Origin: an uncultured Caldisericota bacterium
Lineage (GTDB): Bacteria > Caldisericota > Caldisericia > UBA6126
Assembly (NCBI GenBank): GCA_964493625.1
Contig: CAZBOU010000001.1
Location: 143,922 to 207,921 of the forward strand
Direction of reading: 5' to 3'
Length of the DNA: 64,000 nt
Part shown: positions 1 through 9,476 of the stretch, in pieces
Position numbering within the stretch: position 1 is the first letter of the stretch
Layout: the number at the start of each line of letters is the position of its first letter
The notes under the pieces: model-generated
What the model was told of the DNA's origin: nothing
The model's input: only the letters and a program-made list of their open reading frames with translations
The model's database searches: none
Position numbers and translations under genes: made by a program

Positions 1-3000
1 TTATTACCGAAATTCTCCTACTTTTGCAATCGGTACTGGCGTATCCAATGTAAAAGTGACACCTTCTCCTTCCACTGACGATACTGAAAATGTTCAATAT
101 GTTGTCGAGTTTAAACTGGGGCAAAGTGGTGCTCTGTACAAAAATACAGGGAAAATTTTTGTGGAGATGTTTCTTGGAAACGATCCAATCACATTTGATG
201 GAGTTACCTTGTCAAATGGTTCGGTTTTCTTTGGAACCGGACAATACACCACTATTCCAACCGAAGTAGAGAGCGTTGGCGGAGGGCTTTTTAAGCTTAC
301 AATTTCTCCTCCACAAGATCTCAATGCAGGAGCTACAGTTAAAATAACATTCAAACCTTCTGCAGGGTTGATCAATCCGGATGCAGGTACATACAACGCT
401 GTTGTATATACGAGCTCCGAGATGCTAGAGTCGGAATCCGAATCCTACGAAATTCATGATGCTATTATGGTGAATACCGTGGATGTAGATCCCACAGCTG
501 CTAATGTAGAAGCTGAATACACACTCAACGTAACCATTGATGATTCCTTAACAAAAAATATCGACACCATCTCCGTAGCGTTTCCTCAGGGTCAACGGCT
601 TCCAACAACCATTACACCAGGGGATATTTCGGTCGATGGAACCAATGTCATCCTATCTCCTTCTGTTTCATCCAATGTTCTCACCTTTCATGTTCCAAAT
701 GATATCCCTGCAGGAACTACTTTTGATATTCTGATCAAAAAATCAGCGAAAATTAAGAACCCAACAACCGCTGGCATTTATAGACTGCAAGTGAATACAT
801 CCAAACAAACATCCTATCGATTGTCTCCTCCCTTTTATATCGGAACCTCTGTAACCGGAATTGAAGTTATTCCCTCTCCTGATACAGCCAACAGTACAAA
901 TGTACAATACACGGTAAAATTTAAAATCGGCAACAATGGAGCTTTAACAGCCAATTCAGGCGACTTTATTTCCATCCAGATGCCACTAGGGGAATTGCCA
1001 ACATCGGGAGCTTCTTCAATTACTGTAAACAACGATCGATGTATTGAAAATCCTACCATTACAGATGTTGGAGGAGGATTGTACGAATTTGAAGTCTATC
1101 CCCCCAAAGACCTTCGATCCGGTGCTCAAGTTACAGTTGTATTTACCACCTCTGCAGGACTTAAAAACCCAGCAGAAGGAAATTATCGAATTACGGTCTT
1201 TACGAACAAAGAACCTATTCCTATGCAATCCGATATTTATTTAATCAAGAATGCAGTTGTGATCAATTCTGTCGATGTAAATCCTCCAGCTACAAGTGCT
1301 GAAGCTGAATATACAATTAGCATTGATATTGGTAAAAAATTAACCAAAGATATAGACACAATCGCCATCTCCCTTCCTCGAGAATCCCGAATACCATCTT
1401 CCATCAACAAAGGAAGTGTTTCGATTGAGAACGATGGAATTGTCACCGACCTAACTCTTCCCCCAACCGTGTCAGGGAGTACTATTACACTAAAAGTTCC
1501 CAAAACATATGACCCAACTCTTCCCGGGGCAGATCCTACACTCATTATTGTTGTAAAACAATCAGCAAAAGTACAAAACCCTACAAGTGCAGGCATATAT
1601 ACATTGCAAGTAATGACGTCTTCACAACCTTACTACCGAGTATCTCCCAATTATGCAATTGGTACCTCTGTAACAGGTTTTAAGATTATGCCGAATCCAA
1701 AATCCAAAAATACAGTCGACGTACAATATACATATGAATTTAAGGTAGGCGCTAGTGGAGGTCTTACGAAGAATTCAGACGAAATCCACATTATCCAACA
1801 AGTTGGAACCAGTGGACCTCTCCCTATGTTGCTACCAACATCGTCTGTAACTGTGAATGGAAAATACACTCAAGTTGCTACGGGAATTGTCGACCCCGTC
1901 GACCCCCTCTATCCTCCCGGCGCAGGATGGGTAGAAATCATCATTCAAGTCCCAGAAGATATCCGCAATAGCGGAACGGTTAAAATTGTAATCTTATCCT
2001 CTGCAGGCCTTGTTAACCCAGCAGCTGGTAATTACAAAGGTGTTATATGGACAGATCAGGAACCAATTTCTGTTGAATCTGAGTATTATCAAATTGAAGA
2101 TACGGTACTTTTCTTAGGTCCTGTTGTTGTGACACCTCCCTCGGTGGGACAAGTTGCTGAATACGAAGTAAACCTTCAATTGGACTTGGGTTTGCAAGCA
2201 AATCAAGGAACTATTACGATTGCCTTCCCAAGTGGAACTAGATTAAACCGCACAATCCCCACGACAGGAATTACAATACAAATTGGAGCAGCCCCTGAGC
2301 AAAACCTTAATATTGCCCCGCAAATATCAGGGAACAACGTCATTATAACCGCACCTGTCAACATCCCAGATGGATCCGATATTATCATACGGTTTCAAAA
2401 GAATGCAGGTGTAACCAACCCTACCACCGCAGGACTATATCGATTGCAAGCAATGACATCTTCACAACCTTATTATGCCTTATCTGATTATTATGCAATC
2501 GGTAGCTCTATTACACTTTTTGAAATTACGCCTATGCCTAACAACATTGGTGAAGAGAGAGTTGTATACGTAGTAAAAATGAAAATTGGAGCCAATGGAT
2601 TAACAGCAAATGAAGACCAAATATACCTGAGTTTGCCATTAGACGCTCCTGCTGGGCCTGGTACTTTACAACCTAGCACAATTACAGTAAACGGCGAATT
2701 TACAACCTTATCCACCAATTACCAAATTGATCCTACGTACGGCCCTCCCTATATTCAGTTTGAAATACCTGTTCCTGTGGATGTGAAAGCGAATTCAGAG
2801 CTGAATGTCGTATTCCTCGAATCTTGTGCCTTGCAAAATCCTTCTACAGAGGGCATCAAGTTTGGCTATGCGCATACTTCTCAAGAGGATATTGAGATCA
2901 AATCAAAACTGTACAATATTGTTGATTCGGTTGCATTTCCGGGCATCAATCCACCTTTGGATATGCGATCCGTAATTCCAAAATCCAACGGGATTTCTTT

Positions 3001-5620
3001 GCCAGCTCAATATATGGTTCATTTTGTAACATCTGCTACAAAACCACAATTAACGCAAAACTTAGATCGTATAAGCATTGTTTTCCCTGACGGTACCACC
3101 GTACCATCAAGTATTTCACCTGGATCCATCTATATTTCTACTGCACCAATTTGGGGAGCAGGAGATCCTGATTCTTTAACATGTCCTCCGCCCGTTGGAA
3201 CCATCTTGAATCAATCCGTTACAATTATAGGACAAGAAGTATCTTTCCCAGTTCCTATAACCATTCCTTCTGGATCCAACGTTTATATACTCTTTTGTAA
3301 AGATGCAGGATTAGAGAATCCATCCAAACCTACGATTTACAACCTTTTAGTGAAAACATCTACACAGCCCAATTACGGTATTTCCCGCAATTACATTATT
3401 CGTTCCACCGTATCTTCTGCCGAAGTTGTAGTAGATCCACCCGTTATTAATCAAAATGCAGAATATACAGTCCAGTTTACACTTGGAGAAACTGGTGCCA
3501 TTACTGCAAACAATAGTGATCTGTACGTAGGTTTCAACGGAGATGATTATACAACTCCTGCTGCAAATCTAGCTCCCTCTTCCATTAAAGTGAATGGTGT
3601 ATACTGTACAACATTTTCCACTGTCAATGCAGGACCTGCTCTGCCTGGAAATGTGGACAACGCACCTGGCTGGAATCTATACAGATGGATTCAAATCCAA
3701 TCCCCTGTAAATATTGATGCAGGTTCACAAGTAACCATTGAGTTCTTACAAAGTGCGGGATTTGTAAATCCTGCAGATTCTGGCAACTATACATGTATTG
3801 TTTGGACAAACAAAGAACCAATAGCGATCGAATCGTATCAATATACAATTGGGGATGCCGTTCAGAATCTAGAAGTACCTGCTACGCATCCCAATCCAAA
3901 AACAACAGGATCCTTTGCAGAGTATTTGATTGAATTTGACCTAGGAGTCGATCCATCGTCCCAACTCTATGCAAATACAAGTTCTATCTCTGTTACATTT
4001 CCTGAAGGTACAACGGTACCTTCCTATATCAATCCTGCGAACATCAAAGTTGGTTTTGGAGCCGTGTGCAATCCCACCTTTTCCTCTGTACCTCCCATTA
4101 CTGTGGAGGATAATACAGTTACTTTCCGCGTTCCAATTGCTATACCTGCCGGAGAACACGTTTGTATAAAATTTGAAAAAGGTGCTCAAATAGCGAACCC
4201 GCAAGACCCAGGATCGTACCAACTCAAATTAAACACCTCTTCACAACCTATCGCTGCCATTTCCAATTACTACTCGATTCTATCGACAAGTAGTATTCCA
4301 AGGGTTTCTGCAGAACCACCTGCTATCAATGCAAAGAATACTGCCTATGAAATCCGTTTTAATACAGGCATTAATGGTAATATGCTGCAGGATACAGAAG
4401 AAATTGTGATCGTATTCGACCCATCCTATGTAGGGGACTATACTGTTGGTTTTGACCCCAATCCTTCTGCTTATCCAGAGCTAACAACATCCATTCCGCA
4501 GAACTCGGTGTTTGTAAATGGAGTTGTTTTAAGCTCCATTCCTACGGTTGTCAATGATGCAGGGGAATTGAAGTATATTAAGCTGATCACTCCTGTTGAT
4601 ATAGATGCAGAATCCGAAGTAGTGGTAAAAATATCCAATATTGCTGGAATCAAAAACCCGCCAACTGTGGGACTTTATCGTTTGGCAGTTCTGACTTCGG
4701 TTGAGCCAACCCCTGTTGAGTCTCATGCATTTAGCTTGTTCTCCTCCGTTGGTGCTATTTCTGTCGAGTTGGCCAAGGACGGTTTTGTCGAACCTGCATT
4801 CCCGCCTCCTCCAGATCCTAGAGGGGCCACACCTAACACCAATGCAGAATACATTATTGAGTTCACTACCGGACCTTCCGGTAACCTTATAAAAGATTTG
4901 GGAACGATTACAGTAGCTTTCCCTTACGATACAAAGCTTCCTTCTTCTATTCTTGCCGGTTCTGTACGATGCAAGATCACCAATACCATTCTTGGAGTTA
5001 CGTATGACGGAACCCTTTCAAAAGCTCCGGTCATAAATCAAGAAACCAACGAAGTGGTTATTAGCGTTCCCGACGATGTGGAAGCCACAGACACCATTGA
5101 AATTCGTTTTACGGAGCTTGCTGGTATTCAAAACCCAACGCAATCGGGCACCTATACTCTGGAAGTTTCAACTTCATCAGAGCCATTGCTAGTTCGATCC
5201 GATCCATACTCCATCCTTGGTTTGTCTGCTGCAGAAGTAACTGTTGAGCCTTGCTTGCAGCAACTTACAGGGGCTGAAGTCAGTATTTCCTTTACAACAG
5301 TGAATGCCCTAGCCATAGGGGATGTTATTGATATCGAGTTTCCGTTTGGTACTCGCTTACCCTCTGTAATTGAGGGCGATTTTGTCATTGTAAACAATCA
5401 TCCTGCAAATGTTGGAGCTTTCCCCCAAGTCCAAGTCGACAAACAAATCGTTTCTATTAAAGTTCCAGAAATCATTCAAGCTTTATCCACAGTGCGCATT
5501 GTCTTTACAGAGAAGGCTCGCATTCAAAATCCTTCCACGGGAATGTATTCCCTGAAGATAAAAGCTGGTACACTCGAGCCAGACCACCGATGGGTGGAAT
5601 CAAAAGAGTATTTTATTTGT
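1..5620 (+). repeat. Coding tandem array of 13 ~130-aa modules in alternating A/B subtypes (~820-840 bp super-period)
   Basis: The N-P signature codons of consecutive B-type units lie at nt 758, 1577 and 2417 (spacing 819 and 840 bp). Nt 1581-1670 and 2421-2510 align gap-free with a near-identical 34-nt core. Confidence 0.8.
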
Positions 5621-8600
5621 GGGGATTTTACGCTGGCTACTGCCGAAATGATTCCCGATAGCGCAACAATGGCCAAAGGTCAAAGAAAAGAACTTGAAGT
5701 AGTATCATATGATGAAAACGGCAATACCATACCACCTGCCGGACTGTCGTATTACTGGACAACACAGGGCAATATAGGAAGTTTAACCGATATTACTAAA
5801 AACAAAGCGACCCTTGTTGCTTCTCAAACATCTGGTAGCGGAACCGTTCAGTGTGCCGTAACATTCGGAAACACAACTATACAGGTCAGTTCTTCTATCA
5901 CTGTTTCTTCTACAACGGCTCAACTGGTTGTGAATCCTACAAATAGCTCATTGTCTGTAGGAGATACACAGTCATTTACTGCAGGGGCTTACAAACAAGA
6001 CGGTAGCCCTATTAACCTTACCTATAGCTGGAGATTAGAAGGAGATTCAACAGGTTCCTTGTCTCCTATGACCGGTAAAACAACTACATTCACAGCTTCT
6101 TCCGCTGGAACATCTAAGATTATTGTTTCTGCAACCTATGAAGGAGAAAATCTCGAAGCTACAGCCAATGTCTCTGTTTCAGACAATGGTGGTCCAGGAC
6201 CAGGCCCAGGGGATGGTGCTCCTGTTCAAGCCACTATCACTCCCACAAGAGTGAATGTGAACCAGGGAGATATTTCTTTTAATTTCACCTTCACCTCTGT
6301 AGCAGAAATGTCCAACGGAATCATTGAGATCACAATTCCATCGGGCTTCCCAGAACCTACGATTGCTCCTGGATCGCAAGGCTACATCACGGCACTGGCG
6401 GGAACAGGTGTGAACATTTCGAATCCTCCCAATATCCAAGGTAGAAAAATTATCTTTAATGTCATGAGTATGGCCAATCGAAAGACCTTTACGATGACCT
6501 ATTCAAAAGTATCTGCTCCTTCAACTCCGGGCGAATATATATTCCAGATCCAAGCGAAGCAAAACCAAGACGCCGACCTTTTATCTGTTGATGAACTACC
6601 CGAAGTACTTGTTGTTTCCGTTGCTGATGGTAGTGGCAGAGCCAGTATCAACCCGAATCAAGCCTCCTCTGGGGCTACCGGACAGCGATTTGAAATTTCT
6701 TATACTGCAGATGCAGCAATGAATAGCGGAGCAATACAAATTATTGTTCCTCAAGGTTTTTCTAGACCATCTCTATCCTCTACTGCCGAGGGATATGTTC
6801 GTCTAAAAGAAGACTCTCTTGAATTTGCCAATTCACCAGAGGTACTAGGAAACATTATTACTGTTCCTATCATGACAATGGGTGTCAATGATAAACTAAC
6901 AATCATCTATGAAGACGTACGAATTCCTGCTCAGCCAAATGTATACACCTTTGTGGTAAAAAGCAAAGGAATGGGGGGTAGTTTTGTAGAAATACCCTCT
7001 AGCCCATCGGTTAACGTCAGCAATACTAGAATCTCGGATGCCAAAGTAGAGGTAGACCCAAATCAAACATCGATGTCTGCAGAGTATACCATATCGTTCA
7101 GAACCTCCGGCACTGGCTCTTTACTGAGCGGCAAAGGGACAATTGAATTCATCTACCCTGCCCAAACGATGCTTCCCGATTCTATAAAAAGCAGTAATAT
7201 TACAGTAAATGGCGAAGTCGTTACATTGCCACCAAACGTTGAAGCTGTTCGAAGCAAAGTTACTATCACGGTGCCAAAAGATATTCCTTCCAATAGTTTA
7301 GCAATTGTACAGTTTAGCAAAGAAGCCAATATTGTGAATCCAGCAACACCAAAAGACGATTACAAAATTTCAATTACTACGTCTTCTGATACAATACAAA
7401 CGTCTACGGATCCCTATACAATTGTGGTTTCAGAGCTTCGCGATATTCAAGTCGAAGTTTCTCCTATACAACCTGCAGCTATCGCAGATTACACGATTCG
7501 GATGAAAGTTGGAGGCGCAGGAGCTTTAAGCGTAAACCAAGATTCTATTACTGTCATTTTCCCATCCGACACAGAATTGCCTTCTTCCATTCCTGCCAAT
7601 GCAATCCTCATTAACAGCACTCCTCTAATGACAAGACCTCAGGTTGACCTTGCTCAGCGAAAAATCATCATGGCCCTTCCTGTTCGAATTGAAAACGATA
7701 CAGAGGTAATCATCGAAATAAAAACCGCCGCAAAAATTAAGAATCCTACCAGAGACGGCATGTACAAATTGAAAGTGTTTACATCCAAAGAAACAACACA
7801 AACAGAATCGGAAGCCTATCAAATTGGAACCTCACTATTGGGTGATATTAGCGTTTCTCTCTCTTCGTCATTGGTTGATGAACAAAATGTTACCTATACT
7901 GTTCAGTTTAGAACAGGTGGATATGGACGCATTGAAGTGGGTGAAACCATTACCATATCATTTGATAGTCGCTACAACCTAGGCACCATTCAAGCCCATC
8001 ATGTTACAGTGAACGGTGTTGTATGTTCCATTACCCCAGAAGTGTCTGAAGGGGTTTCTGTTATCATTAAATCCCCCATTGCAATTGATGGTGAAAGCAA
8101 TGTAACAGTCACTATTAGCAATATGCGCAACCCTTCAACATCCGGAGAATACACTGTATCTGTATCAACGCAAGCGGAACCTATGCCCGTTGTTTCCACT
8201 CCTTATACGGTGGGTATGATTCTTACTACTGAAATTACAGTGAACCCATCCTCACCAAATGGACTTTCTGGATGGTATAAAATTGCTCCCAACATTCTAT
8301 TCAATAATGATGTAGCAAGTGCAAAGATTTTCTATTCCTGGGACGAAGAACCCTTCCAGCGGTATACTGGTACAGCCATCACAGCTCCAGAAGGTATCCA
8401 TATATTGAACTGGTACTCTGTTGCAGAAGGTTTTTCCGATGAAACCAAGCAAGATATGCAGTTTAAAGTAGACACAAAAGCTCCTGAAGTTTTCGTAAGT
8501 GAACCCAAAGATGGGGCAGTGTTGAATGAACCACAAGTGAAGGTATCTGGTGAAGTATACGAGAACAATGCATTTACTGTTACGATAAATGATAGACCAG

Positions 8601-9433
8601 CAACTCTTACTGAAAAACGTTTTACTTCCATTGTTTCCTTAAATCCAGGAGACAATTTGATTGATATCATTGCTATTGATGAAGCTGGAAATCGAAGTGT
8701 TACTCCTAGAATACGTGTAAAATATGTACAACCGTCGGATATTAAGTTTAATATTCAATCACCTCAAAGCTTGTCCTCTGTTTATCCCGTTTTAGAAACA
8801 ACCGACGAGGGCTCGCGGCTTGTTGCAACGATACCCATTGAAGGAAAAATTAATCCAGCCACAGCGGATACGGTAAACATTATCATCATGGATGTAATGG
8901 AACAACCTGTATCCCTGCCTATTGATGAAGCTGGAATCTTCAAGGGTGAAGTTAAGATGCCAGTCATTGCTGGGTTAAACGGTATTGTGTTTTCCGTCAA
9001 GGATCGCATAACAGGAAAAGAATATTCCTCTTCTTCCACCGTTATTGCAAAGGTCATGATTGAACTTCAAATTGGCAATTCATTGGCTTTTGTGAACGAA
9101 CAAGAAAACAAGCTAGATGCTCCTCCCTACATTAAAGATGGAAGAACCATGCTACCTATGCGATTTATTGGAGAAGCCATTGGAGCTACAGTAGGATGGA
9201 TACCTGAAGGCAAAACGGTTGTATATGACTTTGATACGATTCATATCGAGCTTCAAATTGGAAGCAAAGAAGCTCTTGTAAAGCGAGGAGAAACATCCGA
9301 AACTATAGAAATGGATGTTGCTCCTGAAATTAAGAGTGGTCGAACTTTTGTTCCATTGCGTTTTGTAACAGAGACCTTAGGAGCTGAAGTTGAGTGGATT
9401 CCAGAAACGAAAACCATTAAGGTTTCCAAATGA
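1..9433 (+). CDS. Giant secreted repeat-module surface protein, 5' end off-window (>3,140 aa)
   Basis: The frame is open from nt 2. Nt 2-55 translate to YYRNSPTFAIGTGVSNVKV, the tail of a preceding module, so the true start is upstream of the window. Hand count: 16 modules with signature [AG]-[GK]-[ILV]-x-N-P-x(2-5)-G-x-Y-x-[ILV]-x-[ILV]-x-T-S. Also two Big_2-like Ig domains (~5630-6180), a GGPGPGPGDG linker (6188-6223), two 'type-C' units, and a C-terminal GWY domain / Ig / 2x copper-amine-oxidase-N-like cassette. Confidence 0.85.
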   Translation, partial: YYRNSPTFAIGTGVSNVKVTPSPSTDDTENVQYVVEFKLGQSGALYKNTGKIFVEMFLGNDPITFDGVTLSNGSVFFGTGQYTTIPTEVESVGGGLFKLTISPPQDLNAGATVKITFKPSAGLINPDAGTYNAVVYTSSEMLESESESYEIHDAIMVNTVDVDPTAANVEAEYTLNVTIDDSLTKNIDTISVAFPQGQRLPTTITPGDISVDGTNVILSPSVSSNVLTFHVPNDIPAGTTFDILIKKSAKIKNPTTAGIYRLQVNTSKQTSYRLSPPFYIGTSVTGIEVIPSPDTANSTNVQYTVKFKIGNNGALTANSGDFISIQMPLGELPTSGASSITVNNDRCIENPTITDVGGGLYEFEVYPPKDLRSGAQVTVVFTTSAGLKNPAEGNYRITVFTNKEPIPMQSDIYLIKNAVVINSVDVNPPATSAEAEYTISIDIGKKLTKDIDTIAISLPRESRIPSSINKGSVSIENDGIVTDLTLPPTVSGSTITLKVPKTYDPTLPGADPTLIIVVKQSAKVQNPTSAGIYTLQVMTSSQPYYRVSPNYAIGTSVTGFKIMPNPKSKNTVDVQYTYEFKVGASGGLTKNSDEIHIIQQVGTSGPLPMLLPTSSVTVNGKYTQVATGIVDPVDPLYPPGAGWVEIIIQVPEDIRNSGTVKIVILSSAGLVNPAAGNYKGVIWTDQEPISVESEYYQIEDTVLFLGPVVVTPPSVGQVAEYEVNLQLDLGLQANQGTITIAFPSGTRLNRTIPTTGITIQIGAAPEQNLNIAPQISGNNVIITAPVNIPDGSDIIIRFQKNAGVTNPTTAGLYRLQAMTSSQPYYALSDYYAIGSSITLFEITPMPNNIGEERVVYVVKMKIGANGLTANEDQIYLSLPLDAPAGPGTLQPSTITVNGEFTTLSTNYQIDPTYGPPYIQFEIPVPVDVKANSELNVVFLESCALQNPSTEGIKFGYAHTSQEDIEIKSKLYNIVDSVAFPGINPPLDMRSVIPKSNGISLPAQYMVHFVTSATKPQLTQNLDRISIVFPDGTTVPSSISPGSIYISTAPIWGAGDPDSLTCPPPVGTILNQSVTIIGQEVSFPVPITIPSGSNVYILFCKDAGLENPSKPTIYNLLVKTSTQPNYGISRNYIIRSTVSSAEVVVDPPVINQNAEYTVQFTLGETGAITANNSDLYVGFNGDDYTTPAANLAPSSIKVNGVYCTTFSTVNAGPALPGNVDNAPGWNLYRWIQIQSPVNIDAGSQVTIEFLQSAGFVNPADSGNYTCIVWTNKEPIAIESYQYTIGDAVQNLEVPATHPNPKTTGSFAEYLIEFDLGVDPSSQLYANTSSISVTFPEGTTVPSYINPANIKVGFGAVCNPTFSSVPPITVEDNTVTFRVPIAIPAGEHVCIKFEKGAQIANPQDPGSYQLKLNTSSQPIAAISNYYSILSTSSIPRVSAEPPAINAKNTAYEIRFNTGINGNMLQDTEEIVIVFDPSYVGDYTVGFDPNPSAYPELTTSIPQNSVFVNGVVLSSIPTVVNDAGELKYIKLITPVDIDAESEVVVKISNIAGIKNPPTVGLYRLAVLTSVEPTPVESHAFSLFSSVGAISVELAKDGFVEPAFPPPPDPRGATPNTNAEYIIEFTTGPSGNLIKDLGTITVAFPYDTKLPSSILAGSVRCKITNTILGVTYDGTLSKAPVINQETNEVVISVPDDVEATDTIEIRFTELAGIQNPTQSGTYTLEVSTSSEPLLVRSDPYSILGLSAAEVTVEPCLQQLTGAEVSISFTTVNALAIGDVIDIEFPFGTRLPSVIEGDFVIVNNHPANVGAFPQVQVDKQIVSIKVPEIIQALSTVRIVFTEKARIQNPSTGMYSLKIKAGTLEPDHRWVESKEYFICGDFTLATAEMIPDSATMAKGQRKELEVVSYDENGNTIPPAGLSYYWTTQGNIGSLTDITKNKATLVASQTSGSGTVQCAVTFGNTTIQVSSSITVSSTTAQLVVNPTNSSLSVGDTQSFTAGAYKQDGSPINLTYSWRLEGDSTGSLSPMTGKTTTFTASSAGTSKIIVSATYEGENLEATANVSVSDNGGPGPGPGDGAPVQATITPTRVNVNQGDISFNFTFTSVAEMSNGIIEITIPSGFPEPTIAPGSQGYITALAGTGVNISNPPNIQGRKIIFNVMSMANRKTFTMTYSKVSAPSTPGEYIFQIQAKQNQDADLLSVDELPEVLVVSVADGSGRASINPNQASSGATGQRFEISYTADAAMNSGAIQIIVPQGFSRPSLSSTAEGYVRLKEDSLEFANSPEVLGNIITVPIMTMGVNDKLTIIYEDVRIPAQPNVYTFVVKSKGMGGSFVEIPSSPSVNVSNTRISDAKVEVDPNQTSMSAEYTISFRTSGTGSLLSGKGTIEFIYPAQTMLPDSIKSSNITVNGEVVTLPPNVEAVRSKVTITVPKDIPSNSLAIVQFSKEANIVNPATPKDDYKISITTSSDTIQTSTDPYTIVVSELRDIQVEVSPIQPAAIADYTIRMKVGGAGALSVNQDSITVIFPSDTELPSSIPANAILINSTPLMTRPQVDLAQRKIIMALPVRIENDTEVIIEIKTAAKIKNPTRDGMYKLKVFTSKETTQTESEAYQIGTSLLGDISVSLSSSLVDEQNVTYTVQFRTGGYGRIEVGETITISFDSRYNLGTIQAHHVTVNGVVCSITPEVSEGVSVIIKSPIAIDGESNVTVTISNMRNPSTSGEYTVSVSTQAEPMPVVSTPYTVGMILTTEITVNPSSPNGLSGWYKIAPNILFNNDVASAKIFYSWDEEPFQRYTGTAITAPEGIHILNWYSVAEGFSDETKQDMQFKVDTKAPEVFVSEPKDGAVLNEPQVKVSGEVYENNAFTVTINDRPATLTEKRFTSIVSLNPGDNLIDIIAIDEAGNRSVTPRIRVKYVQPSDIKFNIQSPQSLSSVYPVLETTDEGSRLVATIPIEGKINPATADTVNIIIMDVMEQPVSLPIDEAGIFKGEVKMPVIAGLNGIVFSVKDRITGKEYSSSSTVIAKVMIELQIGNSLAFVNEQENKLDAPPYIKDGRTMLPMRFIGEAIGATVGWIPEGKTVVYDFDTIHIELQIGSKEALVKRGETSETIEMDVAPEIKSGRTFVPLRFVTETLGAEVEWIPETKTIKVSK

Positions 9434-9476
9434 TGACTTGTTGTAAAGTTTACTCCTACAACGAAGGAGGAAGGAC

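Noticed and set aside
9434-9476. Weak hairpin (GTTGTA...TACAAC) between the two giant genes as a possible attenuator
   Set aside because: The stem is only 6 bp with an 11-nt loop and no T-run. It sits immediately before a strong RBS and is more likely incidental.
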